DNA of 58,676 bases from Bacteroidota bacterium (GCA_030019075.1 JASEHD010000003.1:1-58676); one strand, 5' to 3'. Positions 21,901 to 30,273 are shown, numbered from the stretch's first letter. The notes: generated by a model not told the origin, from the letters alone. Made by a program: numbers and translations.

Positions 21901-21991
21901 ACATAACGGTAAAATATGGGTAGAATCTGAGATAGGAAAAGGTTCGACATTTTTCTTTACGATTCCTAAAACAATTTCACAAGAAACATAA
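15983..21991 (+). CDS. Soluble multi-sensor hybrid-architecture histidine kinase. Domain order is degenerate KaiC/RecA-like N-domain, multiple PAS, 4 GAF, HisKA, HATPase_c
   Basis: 2002 aa with no obvious transmembrane segment. H-box FTYVVSHDLKEPL (His codon 21338-21340). N-box LLSNAVKFN, G1 DNGLGI, G2 GSGAGLAIV. At least 7 PAS-like segments are each followed by a ...DIT..K/R.. linker. GAF-like segments fall near aa 610-760, 1160-1300, 1450-1600 and 1610-1760 (boundaries by eye). Confidence 0.9.
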   Translation: MSKKVFSTGLPKFDYFIGSLSPADSFLVFLSESEPFDYIIHSIANYSTHSKFPVVYLSVDDLEHSVFLKNKKFKSFSISKLKTKRSAEVLREIKRFADKNVRNSYLIVDELSKWVKPLGSEQKVVELFEFLIALIEKRNSVLICSALRSNFQIGNLIRMKDEATICLDFIKHQDQTYCLPLTCKGRYRVQDILPLRFDIRELSKPFPEDQYLVKLHSVPDAVISTLEARYENLFRESNEAMFIFDRAGDFREVNSRATTLLGYSIDELKLINPFSIVSDTYRFRSLRFFQELKRRKKGIITLDIIKKNGTHLPAEIQVSNISNTLYFGIIHDLSEKKKYDRVLQQKTEEYEKVVEGSSVAIIIVHDNKPLYVNKLFSKLFSLKSDVDIREIGLKEFLTKESFKRYQRTIRELKQKGESITFEAECVRSNGSTFYGQLTLSEISYQRKQCTQVSIADITNQKRFIDELNQSEQRYRHLVENAITPATLIQDSCYVYANKAVLELFGYESNKEILDKPIEIVVEESDKEHFKGLLLKSTSGKGKVSVIEFNGCRRDKKDLLCELTLIPIHEGKGNYFVGYFHDKTEENKVKEELQLKLEESQLVKEILPSLVSFLDVPKLTQTGLHKLMEVLSWEIGAIYLKDDESNALKIVHGRNFPEAFSKKLSTLNLEEGIGGLLAKTQTPHKISVARYPSYLSFRAMFKEARIREISFIPLIVREKFIGLIILCTKKENARYSSDLFTAIGNNLGSSITNSIVYQKIRDSENQKSRLIESSSEILYITQPNGVFTLLSSKIEELVGYPVRDFQRTKDLWLRLIHPEDKRIILERMTKLREIIQPTTYEYRVLPKGKAEYRWIRDIINIVKDEHQNIVRVFGTIRDITDEKQILAILSKENSLSRDIYSSIIDGICVFDMGLKFIFLNRTMEKILGKTEKEMIGKNAAEILPSYQGYNIENLLKKTLEGSVNQSEDIPLYKTETQEQGYIRCTFSPYRNKDGEIRGIVSVLTDVSQRKTFENEIRESEHILSNVIDTMGDILILTDLTGRVIQINKAFIQLLGYSRSEINGCDFPYPWLIEEEMGRLVLWISNLREHNWLHDFDMTMRAKDGRLIPVSLSTTLLRNSMGEPIAMLNIARNITERKRLMKDLENRNQQIEMLNRIVTKANQTMDFREIFKTLTEEIQKVVICDDISIGQLTENGTAINVIASLGGNEGNILDITKTVSQYTISEQVPVLISDFKSEEKYRRLQSNQEGLRSQISLPILMKGKIFGTLNLASKEPFTFSEEHISTLLPIAQQIGAIIDRIQLFHRVSEDSAYIHNLLDSIDSVVYTVDTHLQIREVNRAWYDFIRELGGVQLHDYHQKNLFDVVPNEQLKIIYQNIVTQLLNGSIRIFSQEFNFNTPKGERIYQTTINPMVIERKIVGLVFTHTDITTLKKTEADLKKSNDQLLALHEISTVLSSSFDLQKMLHSALPLLKNIIDATAIIVYLQDHEGDDLILVHQIGFEIDKYARIHRLQQSTSATGEVIKKKQAMYISDKAYLDERIIPANREILLQLQISAIAVIPLLSKDRVFGALDIFYNTPHEYSDQEQQILTLVGNQLGAAIENTTLYKEIRSQVERLTVLYDLSQQLTSTLNVDQIFQTVYKHVKQIAPCKNFTLDLYNEKIQMVTPAFNIDESCDDIPSTPAIGQSKFLTPGTPYEQVVISKNAYQSPDKRTIIIPMLSKEIIIGIMSVVADDETIYTDTHLKLLESIGNLTAISLEKGKLYEETLQKSIEIQRRNKELDDFTYVVSHDLKEPLISVEGFSKIIQADYQDIIQQEGKEYLDSIVGATARMKGLIDDLLLLSRISRPSEAFKDVQIKSILDEIKTYMVYTIKQKGVNIVIPDDLPSVYGNETQLKIVFRNLLSNAVKFNNNQNPLVEVGFQNVENNYYLFFVKDNGLGIEKDFHDKIFVIFQRLHRREEYEGSGAGLAIVKKIIELHNGKIWVESEIGKGSTFFFTIPKTISQET

Positions 21992-21999
21992 GAGGAAAT

Positions 22000-22701
22000 A
22001 TGGAAAACGAAAATATTCAGGTATTACTTGTCGAAGATAATAAAGATTTCGCAAAACTCGTCAGGGTTTATCTTCAACGATATGATAAAGATAAATTCGA
22101 TGTAACGTGGAAAGAAAATTATACAGATACGTTTAAAGAGTTAGAGACAAATCAAAATTATGATATAATTTTAATGGACTATTTCCTACCCGGTAAAAAT
22201 GGGCTGGAGATTACAAAAGAGTTAAAAGCCAAAAGATATAATATTCCAATTGTTTTTCTAACTGTAAATAAAGATTTTGAACTTGCACTTGATGTTATGA
22301 AGTTAGGCGTCGATGATTATCTTGTCAAAGAAGAAATATCTTCTCCTGTTCTTCCGAAAACAGTATTAAGTGTTATCGAAAAACACAGACTAAAAGATCA
22401 ACTTATGCAGTTGGAGATTAGTCAACAACGGCTTAATGCGATTCGTGAGACACTGATGGGTGTAATAGGAGAATTCGAGAGGCCGTTGGGTGAAATGAAA
22501 TTGATGACTAATGATATTAAAGAAAAATTCTCTGCCGAAACTCAGAAAAATTATACTAAGATCATCGATGAAAATGTTAAACGGATTATTGATAAGCTTG
22601 AGAAACTAAAAAATCTCAAGGTTTATAAATCAATAAAGTACATCAAAGATATCAAGATGCTTGATCTGTCCGCAGAATGCGAAGATGGTTCTGGCTGTTA
22701 A
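22000..22701 (+). CDS. Response-regulator receiver protein with a coiled-coil, His-less DHp-like C-terminal region and no recognisable DNA-binding output
   Basis: REC motifs LLVEDN, IILMDYFLPGKNG (Asp60 codon at 22177-22179), and DDYLVK with Lys. The C-terminal region reads ...LMGVIGEFERPLGEM.... Confidence 0.8.
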   Translation: MENENIQVLLVEDNKDFAKLVRVYLQRYDKDKFDVTWKENYTDTFKELETNQNYDIILMDYFLPGKNGLEITKELKAKRYNIPIVFLTVNKDFELALDVMKLGVDDYLVKEEISSPVLPKTVLSVIEKHRLKDQLMQLEISQQRLNAIRETLMGVIGEFERPLGEMKLMTNDIKEKFSAETQKNYTKIIDENVKRIIDKLEKLKNLKVYKSIKYIKDIKMLDLSAECEDGSGC

Positions 22702-22714
22702 TCATCATTAATTC

Positions 22715-23566
22715 GTGAGGAAATTCCCTTCATATGGAATCTTTGGAATTACAACCATAATTATCTCTGAGATTCTTCTATTCTTAGAACTTGAAATAGT
22801 CGGATGGTACTTTACGCCCCTTGTATGGACAGGATATATTTTTTTTATCGATGCCCTGCAAGTTCGATTCTACGGTATATCGCTCATCAGCTCCCGCCCC
22901 AGAGAATTACTTTTGATGTTGCCTTGGTCGGTTGTATGCTGGTTAATATTTGAGGCGTACAATCTACATCTGTGCAATTGGACATATGTTGGTCTACCCG
23001 AAAACCTGATCCTGAGATATATCGGTTACAGCTGGTCGTTTGCAACAATCTTCCCGGCTATTTTAGAAACGGCAGAATTTTTCAAACATTTTTTACTGCA
23101 CTCAAGTCGAACGTCGTCTCCAGCATCAAAAAAGGTTTTAATCCCAATTATCCTGCTCGGTATCTGTTTCCTTGTTGCGCCGCTCCTTCTTGAGCAGTAT
23201 GTCGCCGCAAAATTATTTGCGTTTGTTTGGATAGGATTTTTCTTTCTACTCGATCCAGTCAATATATTACTTGGCGGGAAATCGATCATTCAGCAATTAA
23301 AGGAGAAAAACTATTCGACTACGATCGCTCTTGTATTCTCAGGGATTCTTTGCGGTATCCTCTGGGAATTTTGGAATTACTGGGCAATAGCAAAATGGGT
23401 ATATTCTGTTCCGATATCCTTTGTCGGTCCGAAAGTTTTTGAGATGCCTTTGCTCGGATATTTAGGATTTATTCCATTCGCTTTTGAAGTTTATGTGATG
23501 CAGGAATTCCTTGTTTCAGTTTTTCCCTCTATACGACCAAGTCAAGCTAATCTACCAAGATTGTAG
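22715..23566 (+). CDS. Polytopic integral membrane protein of unknown function with an internal two-fold repeat
   Basis: GTG start and about 8 hydrophobic segments. The motif FEAYNLHLCNWTYVGLP in the first half echoes WEFWNYWAIAKWVYSVP in the second. Confidence 0.5.
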   Translation: MRKFPSYGIFGITTIIISEILLFLELEIVGWYFTPLVWTGYIFFIDALQVRFYGISLISSRPRELLLMLPWSVVCWLIFEAYNLHLCNWTYVGLPENLILRYIGYSWSFATIFPAILETAEFFKHFLLHSSRTSSPASKKVLIPIILLGICFLVAPLLLEQYVAAKLFAFVWIGFFFLLDPVNILLGGKSIIQQLKEKNYSTTIALVFSGILCGILWEFWNYWAIAKWVYSVPISFVGPKVFEMPLLGYLGFIPFAFEVYVMQEFLVSVFPSIRPSQANLPRL

Positions 23567-23613
23567 ATATTCTTTTTCTTTCGTATATTTTTCAACAATT
23601 TCATTAAGGTTTT

Positions 23614-24909
23614 ATGGCACGTATTTACATCGAAGATTTACAGCATCATGTTGGTGAAGAAGTTAAAATTAGCGGTTGGATTTACAATAAACGCTCCAGC
23701 GGGAAGGTTCGTTTCATCGTGGTTAGGGATGGTACCGGCATTCTCCAGTGCGTTATGGTCAAAGGTATGATATCGGAAGAAGCGTTTAACTCGTTTGATA
23801 CGCTGACACAAGAATCGTCTCTCGCTGTAACCGGTAAAATCAAAAAAGATGATCGCGCACCGGGTGGTTATGAGATGGAGCTTTCTAAAATTGAGATTAT
23901 CCAAATCGCTAAAGATTATCCTATCACACCAAAAGAGCATGGTGTTGATTTCTTGATGGACATTCGGCATTTATGGCTGCGGTCGTCACGGCAACATGCG
24001 ATTCTCCGAGTTCGTCATCAAATTATAAAAGCGATCAGAGAATTTTTTGATAATCGCGGCTTCGTTCTGATGGATGCACCGATTTTTACCCCGGCGGCTT
24101 GTGAAGGAACGAGTACACTTTTTGAGACAGATTATTTTGATCTTGGAAAAGCGTTTCTAACGCAATCTGGACAGCTTTACGGCGAAGCAGGGGCAATGGC
24201 ACATGGGAAAGTTTATGTATTTGGTCCCACGTTCCGAGCAGAGAAATCGAAAACTCGGAGACATCTGACAGAATTCTGGATGGTTGAACCAGAAGTTGCT
24301 TTCAACGATCTTAACGACAACATGGAATTAGCGGAAGAATTTCTCGAGCATATTGTAGCATCCGTTCTGAAGAATCGCTCGGCGGAATTAAAAACTTTGG
24401 AACGCAACATATCGTTTTTGGAAAAAGTTAAAAAACCGCTGCCAAAAATTTCCTACACGGAAGCAGTTGAGATTCTTCATAAGAAGGGAATCAATTTCGA
24501 GTGGGGAAATGATTTTGGCGGAACAGATGAAACTGTCATCTCCGAAGGATTCGACAGACCCGTGATAGTCCATCGCTATCCTGCAAAAGTGAAAGCATTT
24601 TACATGAAACGTGACCCCAAAAATGCTGATTTAGCGTTAGCTATGGACGTTCTCGCACCGGAAGGTTATGGCGAGATAATCGGTGGCAGCCAGCGTGAAG
24701 ATGATTACGATGCGATTGTTCAAAGAATCAAGGAACATAACCTTCCACAGTCTGCGTTTGAGTGGTATTTAGATTTGAGACGGTATGGCTCGGTGCCACA
24801 TGCAGGATTCGGGCTTGGTGTAGAGCGAACTGTTGGTTGGATATGCGGTCTTGATCATGTCAGGGAAACAATTCCGTTCCCAAGAATGATTTATAGACTT
24901 ACACCGTAA
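23614..24909 (+). CDS. asnS: Asparagine--tRNA ligase
   Basis: 431 aa. N-terminal OB fold and class II motifs [24 protein letters not shown] and [10 protein letters not shown]. Confidence 0.9.
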   Translation: MARIYIEDLQHHVGEEVKISGWIYNKRSSGKVRFIVVRDGTGILQCVMVKGMISEEAFNSFDTLTQESSLAVTGKIKKDDRAPGGYEMELSKIEIIQIAKDYPITPKEHGVDFLMDIRHLWLRSSRQHAILRVRHQIIKAIREFFDNRGFVLMDAPIFTPAACEGTSTLFETDYFDLGKAFLTQSGQLYGEAGAMAHGKVYVFGPTFRAEKSKTRRHLTEFWMVEPEVAFNDLNDNMELAEEFLEHIVASVLKNRSAELKTLERNISFLEKVKKPLPKISYTEAVEILHKKGINFEWGNDFGGTDETVISEGFDRPVIVHRYPAKVKAFYMKRDPKNADLALAMDVLAPEGYGEIIGGSQREDDYDAIVQRIKEHNLPQSAFEWYLDLRRYGSVPHAGFGLGVERTVGWICGLDHVRETIPFPRMIYRLTP

Positions 24910-24977
24910 CAAAATTTTATTAGAATCATATTTCGACTAAATATATTGACACAATTAATGATAAAAGAAAATTACAC

Positions 24978-26117
24978 ATGATATACGAATCGGTAGATCA
25001 ACTTCAGAAAACATTAGTAAAGGACGTTTTTCACTACGCAAAGGACTCAAAAAAGGCCGCGGGCCGGGCTTTAGGGACACTTGTTGAAATCATCACATAC
25101 TACATCTTGAAAACTTGGGGACTGAATAACCAAATTTCCATCGAGAGAGGACTTGCAGAATACGGAAATCCTGACATAACTCATAATGTTGAATTTTCGC
25201 TTCACCCGATTATTCGCAGTTCATTTCTAACAATCGACAAATTGGGTAAATCAATTACCGCTAACAAAATTCTAAAAGTACTAAAAGAGCATAAATATGA
25301 CTTAAAAGGATTTGAAATAAAACCAAATCAACTTTTAAACAACGGGGTGCTTCGTAATGCTTGCACTATTGCGGCATCAAAAGATTCCTTTCTCTTATGC
25401 AGTATCAAAGCAGACAAAGGGGACAAATATGAACTCCACATTTACGAACAAAGCAGAAAAACTTATTCTGTTTTTGAGTGCAAAAGGGTTGGTGTTGAAG
25501 AAGGAATGAGCAAGGGTCCCCAGACAATTGAAAAGGCAAAGCAAGGTGCTTATGTTGCACGGACTGCCTCTTCACTTCAAAAAATCAGAAATGAGTCTGG
25601 CGAAATGCACGGTATCATCTATAAAAGTGATGGTTCGTATATCATCAAGCCATTCGTGGATTTGATGGAAGAAGTGATTTATTCCGATGACAAAGAATTA
25701 TTAAGACGTTTTATCTTGACAATTGGTGTAGTAAGTAATCATGGTAACTGGTTCACATCCCACAATCAAAACAAAGAGTTGAAAGTTCTTGCACAATCTT
25801 ATGACTGGTTGCTCTTTCTCACCGACAAAGGACTCGCGGAGTTTATTGATAAATTACTTTTCAAACCAATCAAAAAATATCAACCAATCAGAGAAGCATT
25901 TATTTCAAGTTACGTTGCTGGTAAAAAGAAGAATCAGTTTACAAAAGTTCAAATGAACATTGAGGCAGACCGACTATTGCTTGAATATTTTAATAGAAAT
26001 CTAAAAATAATAGAAGGTTGGTTCAATATAATTTCTCCCAAGAAGAAAAATTTATTTTCATTAAAAAATGAATTGAAAGAACTAAAAAATAAAGATTGGG
26101 CAGAGATTTTAAAATGA
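24978..26117 (+). CDS. Hypothetical protein, candidate restriction endonuclease partner of the downstream methyltransferase
   Basis: 379 aa with no family recognised by eye. Possible PD-(D/E)xK elements are GNPD (Asp66) and FECKRVGVEEG. Its stop overlaps the methyltransferase ATG (ATGA at 26114-26117). Confidence 0.35.
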   Translation: MIYESVDQLQKTLVKDVFHYAKDSKKAAGRALGTLVEIITYYILKTWGLNNQISIERGLAEYGNPDITHNVEFSLHPIIRSSFLTIDKLGKSITANKILKVLKEHKYDLKGFEIKPNQLLNNGVLRNACTIAASKDSFLLCSIKADKGDKYELHIYEQSRKTYSVFECKRVGVEEGMSKGPQTIEKAKQGAYVARTASSLQKIRNESGEMHGIIYKSDGSYIIKPFVDLMEEVIYSDDKELLRRFILTIGVVSNHGNWFTSHNQNKELKVLAQSYDWLLFLTDKGLAEFIDKLLFKPIKKYQPIREAFISSYVAGKKKNQFTKVQMNIEADRLLLEYFNRNLKIIEGWFNIISPKKKNLFSLKNELKELKNKDWAEILK

Positions 26118-26761
26118 GCGCCGGTAGAAATATAAATACTTTTAGTCAAAGTTGGGGTACCCCACATAAATATGTAAAGGCAGTCAAAGAAGTATTTGGC
26201 GGACACATCTACTTAGATCCGTGCTCAAATGAATATTCAATTGTAAAAGCAAAAGTAGAATACGCTCTGCCAAAACATGACGGACTCAAAGAGAGTTGGA
26301 ACCATCCGACAATTTATGTTAATCCACCTTACGGCATTGATAAAAAGAGGGGGACAACAATTAAGAATTGGTTAGCCAAGTGTGCTCATGCCTATGAAGA
26401 ATACAATTCGGAAGTCATGGCGCTTGTTCCTGTTGCCACTAACACCATTCATTGGAAAAAATATGTTTTCACAAAAGCAAAGGGAATCTGTTTTCTATAC
26501 GATACTCGACTTCGTTTTTTGGAAAATGGAAAAGATGGTGGCAAAGGCGCTCCAATGGCATGTGCTATGATTTATTGGGGTAATAGTTTTAAGAAATTTT
26601 ATGAAGTCTTCATCGAGCATGGTGCCGTTGTGGATATATCAAATTTAATCGGTGAACAAATTGGATTGGATCGAAAGACATTTAGACTTTTTCCTAACTA
26701 TCGAGAAAGCGATTTTACAAATCGCAAGCCAGGCAAAAGCAGAAAAACAGAAGAAGCATAA
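26114..26761 (+). CDS. DNA N6-adenine methyltransferase, phage-Dam-like family
   Basis: The ATG at 26114 is preferred over the ORF-track TTG at 26096. WGTP...LDPC N-terminal motif, catalytic NPPY at 26321-26332, and overall order and length typical of the small phage-type Dam family. Confidence 0.75.
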   Translation: MSAGRNINTFSQSWGTPHKYVKAVKEVFGGHIYLDPCSNEYSIVKAKVEYALPKHDGLKESWNHPTIYVNPPYGIDKKRGTTIKNWLAKCAHAYEEYNSEVMALVPVATNTIHWKKYVFTKAKGICFLYDTRLRFLENGKDGGKGAPMACAMIYWGNSFKKFYEVFIEHGAVVDISNLIGEQIGLDRKTFRLFPNYRESDFTNRKPGKSRKTEEA

Positions 26762-26785
26762 AGAAGTAATTTATTTTATTTAAAC

Positions 26786-27961
26786 ATGCTAAAAGCTTTA
26801 AATCTCAGAAAAGAATTTACAAACGTTATTGCTGTTGATAACGTTTCGCTTGAAGCACAGCGTGGAGAAATTCTTGGCTTGATTGGTCCAAACGGGGCTG
26901 GGAAGACAACAACTATCAGAATGATCCTCAATATTCTCCAACCAGATTCCGGAACGATTTCATTCGATGGAAAACTTTTCGATGAATCTATCCGTAATCT
27001 CCTCGGTTATCTCCCAGAGGAGAGAGGGCTTTATCGTAAAAATAAATTACTGAATACCATCCTTTACTTTGCAAGCTTGAAGGGGATTGATACCGCTGAA
27101 GGTAAGCGACGTGCTTACAAATGGCTCGAGCGATTCGATCTTTTGAATAAATACCAAAGTAAAATCGAAGAGCTTTCTAAAGGAAATCAACAAAAAGTTC
27201 AATTCATCATTTCTATCTTACACGATCCGAAGCTTGTTATACTTGATGAGCCGTTTTCGGGACTAGACCCTGTCAATCAAATTCTACTTAAAGACATTTT
27301 GTTAGAGCTAAAGCAACAAGAGAAGGCAGTTATTTTTTCTACTCATCAAATGGAGCAGGCAGAAAAATTGTGTGATAAAATCTGCCTTATAAATAAGGGA
27401 AATGTCGTTATTGAGGGTGAATTATCGGAAGTTAAAAGCCGGTACGGGAAAAATTCCATCCACATCGAATATGACGGTGATGGCTCGTTTCTTAAAGAAT
27501 TACCTTTCATTCAGCAAGCTACAGTCTACCAGAATTACGCAGAGATAGTTCTTAAAGATAGTATATCAACAAAAGATATTCTCTCCACAATCTCAAACAA
27601 ACTCGATGTCAGAAAATTTGAATACGTAGAGCCATCTTTGAATTCAATCTTCATACAAGTTGTGGGAGTGTCGGATAAAAACGAAGAACCGGTTGTACCG
27701 GCTACTCCAGTAAAACAGAAACAACCAAGTATCTTTCAGAACAAACGAGTGAAGCGAGAACTCATCTCGGTCGTGATTTTCGGAATAGTTACTGTGTCAG
27801 TATTTATTGCTTCATTTTTTGTAAAGGGTTTATCTCTAACGACGGCTGGTATCTTCTTTATTGGAACTGTTGCATCGTTCATAAAATTTTTATTTGCAAG
27901 AAAGAAAGCCCTAATAGAAATGAAAAATAATGAGCAGGAGGAGAATATAGATGCGAGGTAA
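26786..27961 (+). CDS. ABC transporter ATP-binding protein (NatA-like) with a C-terminal two-helix membrane extension
   Basis: Walker A GPNGAGKTT, signature LSKGNQQK, Walker B LVILDEP. The last ~70 aa contain two hydrophobic helices. Confidence 0.85.
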   Translation: MLKALNLRKEFTNVIAVDNVSLEAQRGEILGLIGPNGAGKTTTIRMILNILQPDSGTISFDGKLFDESIRNLLGYLPEERGLYRKNKLLNTILYFASLKGIDTAEGKRRAYKWLERFDLLNKYQSKIEELSKGNQQKVQFIISILHDPKLVILDEPFSGLDPVNQILLKDILLELKQQEKAVIFSTHQMEQAEKLCDKICLINKGNVVIEGELSEVKSRYGKNSIHIEYDGDGSFLKELPFIQQATVYQNYAEIVLKDSISTKDILSTISNKLDVRKFEYVEPSLNSIFIQVVGVSDKNEEPVVPATPVKQKQPSIFQNKRVKRELISVVIFGIVTVSVFIASFFVKGLSLTTAGIFFIGTVASFIKFLFARKKALIEMKNNEQEENIDAR

Positions 27962-29207
27962 ATTCTATCAAGTTGCACGTTGGGAGTTTATCGAAAAAGT
28001 TAAGACGAAAGCTTTTATTATATCTCTTTTGTTAACACCTGCAATCATGGTAGCAGCGGGTCTTATCCCATCACTGCTCATGAGCAGACCAGATACTGAG
28101 AGTATTGTAATCGGAATAATAGATCAATCCGGAATCATTTATCAACCATATAACACTGCATTGGAAGAAAAATACAAACTTCCGAATGGTCAGCCGAATT
28201 ACGTTCTTAGATTAATCGAAGGTAATTGGCAGGATAATGCACAGGATGTAAAAAGGCAGGCAGACAGTTTAGTTATTAACGATATAATCGAGGGGTATCT
28301 CATCATCGGTTCATCGATTATGACAGATACAGCGGTTGAGTATCGAGCAAAGAAAGCAGGGAACATCAAATTAACCTCAAAGATCGAACGAGTTCTTCGT
28401 GATCTTATCGTGGAATTGAAGCTCCAGAAAAAAGGACTTGATCCAGTGTTGGTAAAAGAATTGACCGCACCGATAGATATGAAGACCATCAAGATAATAA
28501 AAGAAGGGAAGGAGGAAGAAGCAGGTTTCAGAGAATTGTTCTTTACATCGTACATTTTTATGATGATGATGTTTTTCTTAATCGTAACATCTGGTCAGCT
28601 TCTCATTCGCAGTATGATGGAAGAAAAATCGAATCGTGTTGTTGAGGTTTTGATGTCGTCAAGTTCGGCTAACGATTTAATGGCTGGTAAAATTATCGGT
28701 TTGAGTGCGTTAGGTCTGACACAAATTGCATTTTGGGCGATCATTGGTATCGTGGTAAGTTTAAAGTTTGGCATGACGATGATTCCTCCGATTAATGCGT
28801 TGGTTTTATTGATCTATTTTATATTGGGTTATCTTTTCTATGCAGCAATATTTGTAGCGGCAGGCGCCCCACTTACTACAGAACAAGAAGCACAGCAAGT
28901 CTCCGGGTATTTAGTGATGATTCTAATTATTCCTCTCATTCTTGCCATGATGGTCATTCAAAATCCAAACGCTACAATCGTGCAGGTACTGACATATATT
29001 CCATTCTTAACAGCATCGATGATGGCAGTAAGAATTCCGATTCAAATGCCTTCTGTATTTGAAATTATTGCAACGAGTTTTATTCTACTGATTTCATCAA
29101 TCGTTGCGATATGGGTTGCGGGGAAAATATTTCGCACAACAATCCTTTCGTATGGAAAACGTCCAAGTTTAAAAGAATTATGGCGTTTAATAAAAATAAA
29201 ATCATGA
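27951..29207 (+). CDS. ABC-2 type transporter permease (NatB-like)
   Basis: An N-terminal transmembrane helix, a large extracytoplasmic loop and 5 C-terminal transmembrane helices. 11-nt overlap with the ATPase gene. Confidence 0.75.
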   Translation: MRGKFYQVARWEFIEKVKTKAFIISLLLTPAIMVAAGLIPSLLMSRPDTESIVIGIIDQSGIIYQPYNTALEEKYKLPNGQPNYVLRLIEGNWQDNAQDVKRQADSLVINDIIEGYLIIGSSIMTDTAVEYRAKKAGNIKLTSKIERVLRDLIVELKLQKKGLDPVLVKELTAPIDMKTIKIIKEGKEEEAGFRELFFTSYIFMMMMFFLIVTSGQLLIRSMMEEKSNRVVEVLMSSSSANDLMAGKIIGLSALGLTQIAFWAIIGIVVSLKFGMTMIPPINALVLLIYFILGYLFYAAIFVAAGAPLTTEQEAQQVSGYLVMILIIPLILAMMVIQNPNATIVQVLTYIPFLTASMMAVRIPIQMPSVFEIIATSFILLISSIVAIWVAGKIFRTTILSYGKRPSLKELWRLIKIKS

Positions 29208-29214
29208 GGTCTTT

Positions 29215-29703
29215 ATGAAATATTTAATAATCTTTGTTATTATATTCAGCTTCGCATCATTGTGTAATGCTCAAGTTGCAGTACCAGAAACCGAATCGAA
29301 GGAGATGGGTGCATCGGTTTATGGTATCGGACTCTCATCGGGAGTGGCAAGTGGTTTTGGCTTAAGCTTTCGTCATCATTTACCAAGCAATCTATCATAT
29401 CAACTGATTGGTGGTGTAATAAAAGTTGATGAAGATGTTTCCTATAATCTTGGTGGTGAATTGCATTTTGATTTTACCCGCGGGGTATCAACAAGATTTT
29501 TTGGTGCAGGAACGATGGGTTATTTCTATCAGGGTGATTCAAGCAACGAGTTAACTGCCCCGTTTCGTTTGGGTTTAGGTATAGGTGGTGAGTTTCGGAT
29601 AGCCGAAGCTTTACATTTTAATGCAGAACTATTGTTCACATATTTCACTAACGGTGATATTCTACCATTACCACAAGCAAGTATTCATTATTATTTCTTT
29701 TGA
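29215..29703 (+). CDS. Small signal-peptide outer-membrane beta-barrel protein
   Basis: Signal peptide ..CNA-QV, Gly-rich alternating pattern, C-terminal ..HYYFF. Confidence 0.45.
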   Translation: MKYLIIFVIIFSFASLCNAQVAVPETESKEMGASVYGIGLSSGVASGFGLSFRHHLPSNLSYQLIGGVIKVDEDVSYNLGGELHFDFTRGVSTRFFGAGTMGYFYQGDSSNELTAPFRLGLGIGGEFRIAEALHFNAELLFTYFTNGDILPLPQASIHYYFF

Positions 29704-29760
29704 AAATTGATAAATTATTTCTTATCTTCAAAAGAACTTTTTAACTCTATCACAATCTGA

Positions 29761-30273
29761 ATGAATTTTGAAGTAGTTTTCTTTTTTTCCATAGCTGCAC
29801 TCGCTATTGTATCAGCTATCTTGATGATTACACAGCGCAATCCAATCAAAAGCGTTATCTTCTTGATTGTGAATTTCTTTTGTATTGCACTCATTTATCT
29901 TATCCTTCATGCACAATTCATCGCTATCATCCAAATATTAGTATATGCCGGCGCCATCATGGTGCTATTTCTTTTTATCATTATGCTTCTCAATCTTGGA
30001 GATGAATCTGCCCTGACTGAAAAAATAGGATACAAAAAAACAATCGCATACGTTCTTTCTGCAGTTTTATTATTGGAAATTGTTATTGGTTTATCCTTGC
30101 CATGGACGGTTGCTGCGAGTCGGATTCACCCGAATGCAAACGAGATAGGAACTGTGGAGGCGATCGGCAAGTCGCTATTTATTGATTATCTATTACCTTT
30201 TGAAGTTATTTCGATGCTGCTTCTGGCTGCCATTGTCGGTGTTATTGTTTTAGCAAAGAAGAAATTCCAATGA
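29761..30273 (+). CDS. nuoJ: NADH-quinone oxidoreductase subunit J
   Basis: 170 aa, ND6-like (..[10 protein letters not shown]...[15 protein letters not shown]..). 4-nt overlap with nuoK. Confidence 0.85.
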   Translation: MNFEVVFFFSIAALAIVSAILMITQRNPIKSVIFLIVNFFCIALIYLILHAQFIAIIQILVYAGAIMVLFLFIIMLLNLGDESALTEKIGYKKTIAYVLSAVLLLEIVIGLSLPWTVAASRIHPNANEIGTVEAIGKSLFIDYLLPFEVISMLLLAAIVGVIVLAKKKFQ

